DNA of 63,123 nt, the filler included, from Cercozoa sp. M6MM (lineage: Eukaryota; Protista; Endomyxa: Ascetosporea): the NCBI GenBank assembly GCA_040357565.1. It is 6 parts of 6 records of this genome, joined end to end, with 100 filler letters (N's around TTAATTAATTAA, not from the genome) between each part and the next. Parts side by side here need not be neighbours in the genome. Positions count along the whole stretch, not along the records: positions 17,698 to 41,084 come from JBDODJ010000170.1; positions 41,185 to 50,716 come from JBDODJ010000477.1; 4 more parts are not named here. The stretch is one strand, 5' to 3'. Below are positions 37,764 to 50,080 of this stretch, piece after piece; position 1 is the first letter of the stretch, and every line of letters starts with the position of its first letter. Position numbers and translations under genes: made by a program. The notes under the pieces are model-generated. The model was not told the origin of the DNA. It did no database searches and saw only the letters and a list, made by a program, of their open reading frames with translations.

Positions 37764-40525
37764 TTAGAGCGGGTTCTCAAAGTGCTGGCGCATGATGTTG
37801 ACGTCGGGCATCTCGTAGCACGGGCCGGCGCAGGCCAGGACGTGCTCGTGCGCGTAGAAGTACTGGTGCGCAAAGTCCATGACGCGCTGCGGCGTCACGT
37901 CGCGGATGAGCGCGAGCTGCTCCTCAGGCGATATCCGGCGGCCGTGCACGAGGAACTGGCGCGCGATCTGGTCGGTGCGGCCCTGCCAAAAGAAACGCAA
38001 GGGTCAGTGTTGAAGGGTCAGTGTTGGTATCAGCTTGGTAGGAGGGCAATACCGTGGCAGTGTCGCACGTGGTCAGTGCCTTGGTGGCAGCGAGGTTCTT
38101 GCACATCTCAAATGCCGTGGCGTTGTGCACCTAGAGCACACAGACACACAGCAAGGCAGTGAAGAAACGCACATGAAGAAACGCATCATCAGCAGCAGGG
38201 AGATACGAAGCTACAGTGGAGTTGACAGTGCCGCCCAGGAACTTGCCAGACGCCGTGCAGAAGTCGTGCAATCTCTGGCATCACACCAGGGATCACAGGT
38301 ATGCAAGGAGCATGCAAGATCGCAAGCGAGTTACCGTATCCTGAACCTGTCCCATGATGCCAAAGCAGCCAAAGTCGCTGAACTGTTGGACCATCGGCAG
38401 CATCGTCTCGGCGCACTGTGCCACACACACACACATCATACACAGACACATACACATACACATCATACACACACACACACATCATACACACAGACACATA
38501 CACACACACATCATACACACAGACACAGACACAACACACACAGACACATACACATACACAACACACACAGACACATACACAACACACACATACACAAACG
38601 CAAACATAAGATCTTGACTCAACTAAGTCAACACGTTGCCCAAATAGAAAGCCCCAGACTCTGGTACCTCCCAGTCGTGCAGCGTGCGCACGAGCGGTCG
38701 GAAGTCGCTCGCAGCGGTGTGGAACTGCGAGCGGTTGTACGAGCCCGCCATGGCTACAGAAAGTCGCACTCCACTCAGTTCCTCGACCACCCAAGGACAC
38801 CAAGTGTACCCTCAATGACCTGGAGGTCCGACGTGCCCTCCATATCGGCAAGACCGCAGACCTGGAAACCCAGCAGCGCCGACACCAGCGGCCAGTGGTC
38901 CTGCCGCTGCTCGATGTGCTGTCCGATAAAGTCCGGCTCGACGATTTCCCTCTGCCATCATAGACATTGCATAAAGACATCGCATAAAGACATCGCAGAG
39001 AGGACTAGCTAAACCAAGACAGGTGATACATCTCTTCTCGGCTTCTTGAGTGTGCCAAGCGACTCTTCGACCTGACAATCAGGGGTAAGGGGAGGGGTAA
39101 GGGAAGCTCGCAATGGGGACAAGGACAAGTTGCAAACCTGCTTGACGAACTTTTCGTGATCAATGTCGCAACCGACACCCACAACGACCTGCGCAGAACA
39201 GCAATAGAGGACATCAAACTTGCTGTCCCTGTCCCAATACCATGTTGTTCGGCGTGTACTGTCGCTTGTAGAACATTCGCACATCATCTGGCGTGATCAG
39301 CTTCTGCAACACCAAGAGAAAAGTGACTGCACAGAAGATACGACATGTCCAAGTCTACCTGAATGTGCTCAGCGCGGCCCAGAATCGGCTGACCGACTGG
39401 CTGGTCTGCGCAAACGCGACTCGAGTCAAAACGCAAGAGCAAAGTGGTCCACTCGGACGAATTGACCCGAAAGACTTTGACCCGAAAGACTTGACTCGGA
39501 AAAACTTGACTCAAGAAATCCCAACTGCAGCACTGAAAAGAGCAAGACACAGTGGCCCTGTGGTCTGCGAAAGAGCAAAGCGGAGACTCAGTTGGTCCCT
39601 GTTGTCACCATACGCACACGCTAAGATTAGCTAGTGTGAGGGGGACACACTCTGTCGGTGTATCCCCCCGCATGTGCTCGGATTAAGAATGATCGTTTCA
39701 TCATCGTCGCGCTGGCTCTTTCGCAGACCACTCGGGCCACACAGGTCGAGTCAAGTCAACAAGGAATTCCTCAAAAGCAGTTTAAGGCAAGTCAAGCCAA
39801 CAAAAACGTGTTTTCGAAAAGTGTTTTTGAAAAGTGTTTTTGAAAAGTGAAGTGTCTTTGGAAAGAGTGCAGAAGAAACAACGTACTCTCGTAGGCGTTC
39901 TCAAAGAAGAGGTCCATAACGTACTCGTTCTTGTCGTTGGTGTAGACGTAGTCCATCTCCTGCATGATAACGGAGCGCTCGCTCTCGATGGCGTGGTCGG
40001 AAAGCTGCGGGTGCAGCATCATGTCCGTCAGGATGTCGAGCATCACGGGCCAGTCCTGGTTGCGCATGTTGGCGAAGAAGTTGACCTCCTCGCGCGTCGT
40101 GAAGGCATTCAGCTGCGCGCCGAGGCCCTCGACGATGTCGGTGACCTGCGAGGCCGAGTGCTTCTCCGTGCCCTTGAAGAACGAGTGCTCCAGGAAATGC
40201 GACACGCCCGGCTTGTGCTCGAAGCGCGAGCCGCCCTTCACCTGTGCCGACACGCAGTGCGTACAGGGAAAGCTAACCCACACTATGCCTGCTGTCGCAA
40301 CAAACGCACCATGATGGAAATGCACGTCGTGGCTGGCGCTGACGGCATTGCCTCGGTCACGACCTTGAGCCCATTCGGCAGCGTCGTCACGCGCGTCTAT
40401 AAGGCACCACAACACTCACAACACACGCACAGCGCCACTGACAACTGGCCGGCCCTCACACAAACGCATGTTCACTTCTCGCAACATACCGCAGGACGCA
40501 GCGCCTGTTTTAGGATTGCCGACAT
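37764..40525 (-). CDS. PMPCB: Mitochondrial processing peptidase beta-like (M16B)
   Basis: Presequence-like N-terminus; VTTLPNGLKVVT; GGSRFE..GVSHFLEHSFFKGT (HxxEH); LNAFTTREE; IESERSVIMQE; QPVGQPILG; IARQFLVHGRRI. Confidence 0.88.
39585..39708 (-). ncRNA. Intronic box C/D guide RNA (snoRNA/scaRNA) candidate
   Basis: On the host-gene strand, in intron 39406-39886: GAC-G-ATGATGA (C, 39704-39698), CCGA (D', 39681-39678), ATGGTGA (C', 39611-39605), CTGA-GTC (D, 39591-39588); canonical K-turn spacing; flanked by a ~25-bp inverted repeat. Confidence 0.75.
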
Positions 40526-40759
40526 CTATAGACTACAGGCACACCACAGAATAGCGAAGCAGCTGAAACCGGGCGAGGATCATCTTAACTTTTTTTTTTA
40601 ATTTTGGCTGATCGGGTGTCGGGTTGACATCATTGTTTCATACTGTTTCGTAACAGCGTAACACATCGACAGGAGTTACAAATCAAACACCGTGTGCAAT
40701 TCGAATTCTCGATCTGCCTTTTGAACAAAATTCGTTGGATTATTTTGACTCGACTGAAG

Positions 40760-41010
40760 CTAAATCTGGCGCGCGTTTTCAACATCAGACGCTGAAGAGG
40801 AAGAGGAGGAACAGGCGGGAGTTTTGATGGTCGAGCCGGCCAGCTGGTCCGAGTCGACGTCGACGCAGGCAGCGCTGCCTTGGCGCAGCTCCTCGGCGTA
40901 GTGCAGCAGTGCCTCCAGTCGCCGCTGCGTCCGACGGTGCGCCGCTGCGCCGACGAAACACGCGGCCAGAGCGATCCACAAACTCACCACCGCCACTGCC
41001 GACCTGCAAC
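40760..41010 (-). CDS. Last exon of a membrane protein, 5'-partial
   Basis: AVAVVSLWIALAACFVGAA followed by HRRTQRR; stop at 40760. Confidence 0.4.
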
Positions 41011-41204
41011 ATCCCGGAGTTTTGCCCCCTACCCCTCGACCCACCCCTACCCCCTCCCTACCCTACCCTCTACCCATACCCCATNNNNNNNNNNNNNNNN
41101 NNNNNNNNNNNNNNNNNNNNNNNNNNNNTTAATTAATTAANNNNNNNNNNNNNNNNNNNNNNNNNNNNNNNNNNNNNNNNNNNNGGGGGGGTAGAACCAG
41201 CCAT

Positions 41205-42699
41205 GGCCTGCCGCATGGCGGGGTGCTCGGCCAGCGCGCACGGCAGGCGAAACTCCGCGGCCGCCTGGCAGAAACGCGTGCGGATGCGCTGCGCCTGCGC
41301 GGCAGTCACGCCCTGCGGCCCCGACGACGACAGCAGCAGCTGCGACAGGCGCGTCAGTTCCTCGCGCGGCAGTAGCGTCACCTGGGGATATCGGAGTAAC
41401 ATAGAGGGTTAAATGGGGGTAACAGAGGGTTAAATGGGGGTGGGGTAGAATGGGGAGGGGGTAGAATGGGAAGGGGGTAGAATGGGGAGGAGGGGTAGAA
41501 TGGGTCGGGTAGAATGGGAGGGGAATAGAGAGTACCGTTGAGCCCTTGCATGACTCCGATCGGAAGTGCTTGCTCCTGGGCAGAAGTTTAAAAGGATACA
41601 CAGGAAGATCAACAGGAAGATAAACAGAGGGGTCAGAGGGGGTTAAAAGGGGGTAAGAGAGGGGTAAACATGGGTAAGAGGGGGTAAATAGGGGAGTAAG
41701 AGGGGGTAAATAGGGGGGTAAATAGGGGGGTAAATAGGGGGCTAAACAGGGGGAGTAAGAGGGGGATAAACAGAGGGTACAGATACTGACGCCGCGCAAA
41801 CGCGACGCCGCAAACACTGCACGCGAAGACCTTCATGCCATAGTGCGCCAGCACGTGCTACCACAGGGGTGAACATGGGGTAAAGAGAGGGTTTAAAGTC
41901 GAATAAATAGGGGAGTAAACGGGAGAGTAGAGAGGGGTATAGGGTCAGCAACACACCTCCAGAACGACCTTGGCATTCATGCGACGTGAGCACTCCGGGC
42001 ACACCTGTTCAAATATACTAGGTTAATGGGGGAAACGGGAGGTAGGGGGTAAATGGGGGTTAAATGGCGGGTAAATTGGGAGGAAAAGGGTTAAGTAGGG
42101 GGGTAAAAAGAGGGAGGGTAAAAGGGAGGGGTAAAGTGCAAAGCACCCCTCGCTCGACGTAGGAGAGCTCCTTCGGAATCGGCACTTGTTCCGGCTCAGG
42201 TCGTTGTCGGGCTCGCTCCACAAACCTGGACGGTACAATGTGTACCAGGTACAATGTACAAAACACAAAAAGGTACCGCCGTTCCGGATCTGAAGCGAGA
42301 GCTTCGGCCACCGAGACTTTGTCGTCCGGTGCTTGTGCTGTGTCAAGGGGTACACAAGGGGAATAAAAGGGGGTAAGGGGTAAGAGTCGATAAACGGATA
42401 AAGGGGTAAAGTAACACATGGGTAACAGGGGGGGGGGGGGGTAAAACTACCCCAGATGCCCTTGGCACGTCGCCGACGCGACTTGCGAGGCGGTGGCTGT
42501 CGCTTCTTCTACACATACAAGGGGGTGACAGGGGGTGAAAAGTAAAGGTAAAAGGGAGTGAAAAGGGGTAATAGGGTAAAGAGGGAGGCAAGAGAGGGAA
42601 ATGAGGATCCCCCGCGGGGGGGGGCGGGGAGCAGAAACCACTTCTGGTTTGAGGGTGACAGTGACACTACTGTGCACAGGAAACATCTGCTGTTGCTGC

Positions 42700-42751
<52 letters not shown>

Positions 42752-43419
42752 GCGGCTGTCGTTGTTGTTGTTGTTGTTGTTGTTGTGGTTGTGGTTGTTG
42801 TTGTTGTAGCACCGGCGGAGTCGGCGAAGGACTCGGTATACCGATACCTGTGCACATAGGGGGTAAAAGGAAGGGAGTGGAAGCGGTAAACGGGAGGGAG
42901 TGAAAGAGGTAAGGGATAATGCGGAGTGAAACCTGGCAGAACATGCGATCGCTGCGTCTGCATCAGTTGAGCACGCTGTTGTTGTTGTTGTTGCTGTTGT
43001 TGCTGCTGTTGTTGTTGTTGCATGTACAGCATCTTCATGTGGTGCGCGTGCATGGCACGTGCGCTTTGCTGCTGTGCCGCCGTGTGGCCATGTGGGTGAC
43101 CATGCAAATGACCATGTGGGTGGCCCTGCAAGTGACCATGTGGGTGACTCGGCAGGTGGTCATGCAAGTGACTGTGTGGGTGGCTCGATAAGTGAGCATG
43201 TGGGTGGGTCGATAAGTGAGCATGTGGGTGGCCCTGCAGGTGACCATGTGACTGCCCAGGGTGCTGCTGCAGGTGTCCAGTCGGTCTCTGTGGGGGCATG
43301 CAGAGTAGAGTCAGACAGTGGCACAGAGGAACAGCAGCTTACCTGCACAATCATCGACTGCGGCATCATGGGCGGCTGAAATCGCGGCGGCTGTGCCATG
43401 CGCAACTACAGCACACACG

Positions 43420-43471
<52 letters not shown>

Positions 43472-43642
43472 ACATAAGATAACTACACATAATATGACAC
43501 AGGCAAACAAGTAGAGAAAGCGTACTGGCATGGGCTGCGGCAGCTGCGCAGGCAGTCGCTGCTGCTGCGTTGGAAGGTCCGCGTGCTGCCGCTGCGAGTG
43601 TGACTGCTGCTGAGACGGCTGGAACTGCGGTAGCTGCATCTG
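41205..43642 (-). CDS. Q/H-rich protein with zinc-finger-like motif (possible transcription factor), partial at both ends
   Basis: PolyQ tracts 42686-42806 and 42975-43020; (HPHGHLQG)-type repeats 43087-43250; HYGMKVFACSVCGVAFARRQ...HFRSESC. Confidence 0.55.
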
Positions 43643-43688
43643 CACCACACAAGCATCACACAGGCGCAAAGAAGAGATCACACACACA

Positions 43689-43772
<84 letters not shown>

Positions 43773-43814
43773 CATATACATATACATATACATACATGTT
43801 TACACATCTGGTAG

Positions 43815-46800
43815 GAGCCCACGGCGGTGGGTGTGCTGTCGTCGGCGCCGATGCCGCGCGACGCGCCTGCACTGCGTCTGCGCAGCAAGCTCGACGACTT
43901 TCAGAAGCAGCTGGACGCGCGGCGGCAGCTGCACGAGCAGGGCAAGCTCTTTGACTTGTCCGAGCAGGGTGCCTTACTCTTTTTCCCTGTCCCCTTTCAC
44001 CTCTACCCCTCCGCCGCACATACAGAGAAGGGCGATTTCACGGCCGAAATGATGGCGCGTTTCCTGGACGAGCTGGATACGGAGGAGCGCGCGGCACTGC
44101 TGGGCGACGACGGTCTCGTGCAGCGCATGATGCGCGCCAGTGGACGGCAGTTCCGCGCGGACGCTGCTGTACAAAACGCCGAGGCTGAAGCGCAGCTCGA
44201 GGCCGACGAAGCCGCGGTTTTTGCCGACTCGCAAGACGAAATCTCGATGGCCCAGATGGTACGCATTACCCCCCCCCCCTTCGCAGCCCTTCCTTACCCC
44301 TCCCCCAGGTGGACAAGGAGGTGGCCTCGCTGATGGAGCGTCGTCTGGAGGCGGCTAAAAACATCGACGACGGCGCCTTGTTGGCGGCCGTGCAGACGCG
44401 TCTCAAGGACATCCAGCTGGAGGACCTGGCCGAGTACTTTGGTGCTGAGGGTACTGTTCTCTCCTACCCGTTACCCCACGTTGTTACCCTACCCTGTTAC
44501 CCCTCCCCCCTGGCAGGTATGATGGACCAGCAAGGTTCGCGTGGCATGGAGAGCGAGAACCTCGTCAACGAGAACGAGTTCCTGCGCTCGCTGGGTCTGC
44601 ATCGCGACATGTCGCCGCGCGAGATGCAGAAGTTCTCGGTGTGTTCCCGTCCCTGTCTGTACCCTTTCCCCTATCCCTACCCCTTGCCCCGTAGGAGCAA
44701 GTGTTCGTGCGACATCGGCCGCGACAGATGCTGCACCATCTGCTGCGTGAGTTCCAGTTCGACGCCGACCTGGGCGCGGCGCACGAGTCGCGTCTCGCCA
44801 TGGCGCCCGAGCTGCCGTCGCTGGCCGACCACGAGCTGCGCCGCTGGCTCGATGGCACTGCCGTCGATGACAAGTACGCCAGCGAAGGCAGGGGCAGCGA
44901 CCTCCATCGTACCTGACCTATTCTACCCCTCCCTCCTCCCCCCCCATTACCCCCCTCCCCCACCCGCGGCAGAGTCGTCGCAGCTGCGCCGTCCGTCGCG
45001 TCCGCACGACCTGCTGGCGCGAGAGTACTCGTCGATCCGCGAGCGCGTGGAGCGCGTGCCGGCCACGCTGCGAGCGCTGATGGAGCGCCGACTGGAGCGA
45101 CTGCGTCACACGCCTGACTACGCGCGTGCCGAGTTGCCTGCCGAGGTGCTCCTCCCCCTCCTTCCTACCCTTGTTCCCTACCCTGGATCCTCACCCTTGC
45201 TCCCTACCCTTACCCTCCCTGCTCCAGGACTCGGAAGAGGAGCTGCGCATCGCGGAGGAGAGCGAAACGGTGGGCTACGCCGATGGTTTGTACCACGCCA
45301 TGCAGCAGGACTACCGCGCGCAGCTGCACCTCGTGTCGGACAAGGCTTTTGACGAGCGTATCGAGGCTTTGTTGGTAGTTTATCCCTCCTCCCCTACCTG
45401 TGCTACCTGCCCATTCTTGCTACCCAAGTTACCCCTCACTGCCTAGGCTGCCGACGGTGACACGTCCAAGCTGCGTGCATCGTCTGTGGACCCCAAGGTC
45501 GATGCCGTGCTGCACGAGACGTCGGGCGACCTGCTGACGCGCATGCTGACTCAGGCATACCCCACATCTACGCGCACCCTCGTATATTTTACCTCCCTGT
45601 CCTTAGGTGCCAGCTACGCTGGAGGTGCCTCGCTCGGCACTGCACGTGAACAACGCGACACTGAAGGACGCCGTGTCGGCGCTGGACGACGCGACGTCGC
45701 TGCAGCCGACGCAGGAGCTGCTGGACGCGCTGGTGTTCACGACGCAGGTGGAGCGCAAGTCGCCCGGCTCGCTTCTGCGCGTGCAGCAGCGCCTGCGGCA
45801 GCTGGAGCGCGAGGCGTCGCAGCGCGTGGCGTCGCAGCGTTTCCGGCAGCTGCGCAACGCCGAGCTCGACGAGGCGTCGGCGGCCGAACTGGAGGCCAAG
45901 GAGGCCGAGTTTAGTGGACGCAAGGTGCGTGACATGCCGGCCCCGGTGCTGGCGGCCGAGCACAGACGCATGATCGAGCAAGTCCTGGACGAGCAGAGCG
46001 ACGCGAGCGAGCTTCGACGTCACCGCGACGCCCACACGCTGTGTCAGACCGTCGACATCGACCCGATCGAGATCATTGCGCTGGCCGAGAGCATGAGTAT
46101 GGGTGACGAGGTGCTGCAACACAAGGCTGCCGAGGTTCATCCGCTCGCCAGCTCGGAGCACTCGGTCGAGGTGCTGCTCGGACAGCCTGAGCAGGTACCT
46201 ACTTTATGCTTAAACATGTTAACTATAACATGTATACTGTAAAATGTCTACTGTACACTGTACACACTGCCTATCCTGCAGGTGCACGGCTTGCTCATGT
46301 TGCCTGAGACGCGCGGCTTCTTGAACCTGCCGCGTCCGGTGCGACGTGCGCTGCTGGACAACTGGCGACCGCTAGCGCAGCGCCGCGGTATCGCGGCCGG
46401 CCCGGCGCCGCGCCTGCGTGTCTACCCGTCCGCGGGTACGGTCAGTCAGGAGGCGGGCTCGAAGGCGTCGCCGTTGCACTCGCTGCAGTTCGTGTCGGAG
46501 CGACCGACGGAGCTCAGCATGACGGCTGCCCCCGATGGTACCGTGCTTCCCCCTCCCATATACAATGTGTGTGTATATATATATGTATATATTTATGACT
46601 TCCCCACAGGCATGCGGTACGACACGAGAGAAACCGAGTTGGCGGCGCGCATGCTGATGGCGCGCATGCGCGAGGCGCGCGCGCGCGATGCGCAGTTCCT
46701 GGACAACGCCTCGGTGGCCGACGTGGGCGGCATGACGGCAGCCTACACGCGCGCCATCCGCCGGCGTCTGGTGCAGCAGCGCCAGTCGCGCGACGCCGAT

Positions 46801-47158
46801 GCCGCCTTGGCCTCGGCCGCTTCCGAGAACCGCGTGAGACTGCGCGAGGCCACGCGCTTCGCCTACGCGCTCTTCCCGGTAGCTACTATATCTGGCCTTC
46901 CCTCTGCCTCCTGTTCTCCGCGTGGATGTTAGTAATAACAATGTGTACACGCAGGGCGACGAGAACGAGGCGCTGCGAACGGCTCTGGTGATGCGCATGC
47001 GTCAGCGACTGCACGACATGGAGCATGGCACGCAGCAGGAGCAGGAGTCCGACGCGCGCATCGAGCGTCTCGTGCGGCACAACGCCGGCGGCTCTGTGGG
47101 CGCTCCGCAGCAGCTCTTCAACGTGCAGAGCGCCACGTCTGGCGTGCGTCCCATGTAG
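43815..47158 (+). CDS. Large alpha-helical hypothetical protein, 5' end not found
   Basis: About ten GC3-rich exons joined by C-rich GT-AG introns; TAG 47156-47158. Confidence 0.65.
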
Positions 47159-47320
47159 AGTCGCGACAACATGCCTGCTCTGCTGTTGGACACCGCCGTC
47201 GTGCCGGGTCAAGGGAACCAACTGAGTGGCCTTTTCTCGGATGGATCAAGTTTCACAGTCGATTTATCTTTTTGACTACCGTACATTACCACAGTTGCGA
47301 CTTTAAAAAAAAACAGCCCG

Positions 47321-47413
47321 GGTGTGGCGGGGTTTTTCGACGCAAAATCAGAATCAAAGGGAGGAAGGAGATTTTTGGGGGTTCGGGTTTGCCTCGAAAA
47401 ACCCCGCCATACC
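47321..47413. repeat. 20-bp inverted repeat (hairpin or MITE-like)
   Basis: GGTGTGGCGGGGTTTTTCGA (47321-47340) vs TCGAAAAACCCCGCCATACC (47394-47413), one mismatch that is G-U on the + strand. Confidence 0.8.
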
Positions 47414-47714
47414 TTGAATGGATGCTGCGATGCATGTCGTGCAGGGTGAGCTCTGCCAGTTACCGTTAGTTGCTCTCGACTCTCGAGGTTCGGTTGACTC
47501 GCACTCGCCATGGGTCTCTCTGAAAAGGCAGAGGATGGGGAAGTGAAGACAGCTGGTCCTGGAGATAAAAATGTTTATCTATCTCTCGACTGAGGATTCT
47601 TGTAAGTTTTAGCGTTGCTTCCGCGCGGATACAGTCGAGTAGTATGCTGCAAACACTGACAACTCGAAAAACGCTTCAGTTCCGTTCTCGTACAGTACAG
47701 AGCGGCGGAGCAAG

Positions 47715-47948
47715 TTATTCTGGAACCGGACTGCCGGCCGCAGGGGCGTCCGAGTCGCCACCCGTCGTGTTCGAGTCGCCACCTGGTGCGTCGTAGTTGT
47801 TCAGCGGTATGGATCCGGAACCCTGGTGCTGCTGCTGATTAATTTGTTGCAACATGTCGCGGATTTCAATCTTGAAATCGCGGAGGTCGTTCTTGAGATC
47901 CAATAAATCCGCATGAAGGTCTGCTTACGAATTTCAGGTTAAAGTGGT

Positions 47949-47996
<48 letters not shown>

Positions 47997-48006
47997 NNNN
48001 NNNNNN

Positions 48007-48055
<49 letters not shown>

Positions 48056-48317
48056 CAGGGGAGCCGGAGATACATTAAAACGCTTGAAGTTGTAAAGAAA
48101 CTGTACCTGCAGCGAATTTTTGAGCTACACTATACGAAATGGCGAAACAAGCAAAACCAGCGCCTCCAATGTAAACCTTGTGGTGTTGGAAGAACTCAGT
48201 TGTTTTTCTGGACAAGTCGGCGACATCCTTCGCTGTAAATTTAGATGTGGATTGGCGCCGAAGCTGATGCGACAACATTTGGCGGCCACAGCGCTCCGCC
48301 TTGATCATCGTGGCCAC
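47715..48317 (-). CDS. Putative mitochondrial single-TM coiled-coil protein (paralogue-like of 33755-34397)
   Basis: MLSHQLRRQSTS / VYIGGAGFACFAISYSVA / phase-1 intron / DLHADLLDLKNDLRDFKIEIRDML. Confidence 0.6.
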
Positions 48318-48670
48318 TCTACAGCTTTCAGAAACGATTCAAATACGCAGACATTAATTTAGCCCTGTATCAGCACAGAATTACTGATTTTCCAGTCTAG
48401 TTTACGGGTGTCGGGTTTGAGCGCTCGAACGCGCTTTAACAGATTTGGTTTATGCTGGAATGACATGTTGTACAGCGCTGAGCGAGTTAGTTGCTTACGG
48501 CCTGCTATTGTCAAGAATTTGTGGCGCGCCCACAGCGCCCGGAGCGAAAAATATAAGAAAACGAGAGAACTAACGCTCAAGCGATGGCATACAAAGTAGC
48601 CGAGATGAGACCGAATAGAACCTGAGTCCAAGCGCAAAAGAATCTATTGTTCAGTTTGAACTTCGCTTGG

Positions 48671-49854
48671 CTACTCGAGCAACCACCCGAGGAAGACGCC
48701 GGACAGGGCAGTCACACCGCCTGCGACTAACTGCCTCTGCACAAAAGAAAACATAGCCTTGCACACTCACATAACATATAAGAGATGCATACGCATAGTA
48801 CCGTAGCCATGAAGGCGGCGTCGTTGGGCGTGAGACGTGACAAAGCGGCGCCGACAAAGGCCAGTGCGGCACACGAGAGTGCCAGTGTCACTTGCAGTCG
48901 CACACGTTTCTTGTCAGCCCTGCTCAGAGTTTCTGTTCTACCCTTCATCCCCTTGATATCCTAGCCCTCCTACCCGAATGTCGGCAGCCACGGCAGCAGC
49001 GGCAGCAGCGCACCCAGTGCGAAGGAACAAAAACTCGAAGCAGCCGCACGGTAGGGTCTACACACAGCCATGCAATCTTAAGAAAGTGTGCTCCCTTAAC
49101 AAAGACAAAACGGACCCATCAGCACGATAGACTGAGTCGGAATCAAGTCCGTGCTCGATGCGGAGGTGGAAGCCTAAGCCCCTGTCTGCACTCTGAGCCA
49201 CCTGCTCCGCTGCCTCAAGTGCTGTGTCCGCGCGGACACCGAGCGATTCGAGAGCGTTCGCGAGTTCGCGTTTCTCCTGCTCGGAGCGAACGGCGAGATG
49301 CTCGCGCTCCAGCGACACCTGGCGCAGCTGCGACTCGCGCTCCGTCGACACCGAGATCTGGGGGGGGGGGGGGTAAAGGTCACATGACATGGAGGCTATG
49401 AGAACATACCCACTCTCCTGCCGCCATGGAGGTCGCACCGGCCACGAGGCCGCTCTGGATTTTGAGTACACTTGTTGGGTACAAAATACAGTGACACAGG
49501 TACCAGACCGGCCTTGTGCACAGCCACGAGCTCATCGTGCCCGAACATGTACACGGAAAGGATCAGTCCCAAGTTGCTCACTAAACCGTCCTGTGCAAGA
49601 AACACACGTTGATCACTTCTAGACACTCAGGCCGCACCGTACCGAGAACCCAAAGACCGCTGCTCGTAAATCGGCGCTGCCAGAGTCAAAGAGTCGCGTG
49701 AGCGACGCGTGCTGTCGCCACGTCGACTCATCCTTCGGCAAGGCTGCACATGTGACCAACACTAGTAATGGCCTTGAAAAACAACAACAAACAACACACA
49801 GAACATGACGCAGCAGAGCATTCCCACGAGGGCCAGCCAGATCACATGCGCCAT
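48671..49854 (-). CDS. VIT1/CCC1 family Fe2+/Mn2+ transporter (start uncertain)
   Basis: LRAAVFGFSDGLVSNLGLIL; GLVAGATSMAAGEWISV; EREHL...EQEKRELA; PYRAAASSFCSFALGALLPLLPW. Confidence 0.9.
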
Positions 49855-50080
49855 GTTTTTGATGCACAATGTGTCCCGCCGTGGTATAATACACACTGAC
49901 TACACCTGGGTGTGCATGTGACCTTAATTTCGCACCATTCACCTCGTGCTGGCGCGGATTCTGAAAAATCATGTGGCTACTGCGGTCCAAACGGCCGGCC
50001 GAGGGAATGCCACCAAGACGATCACTGTGGCGACACAGTGAGCGGTGCAGCGACGTGCTCGTTAGTTCTAGAAACATAGA

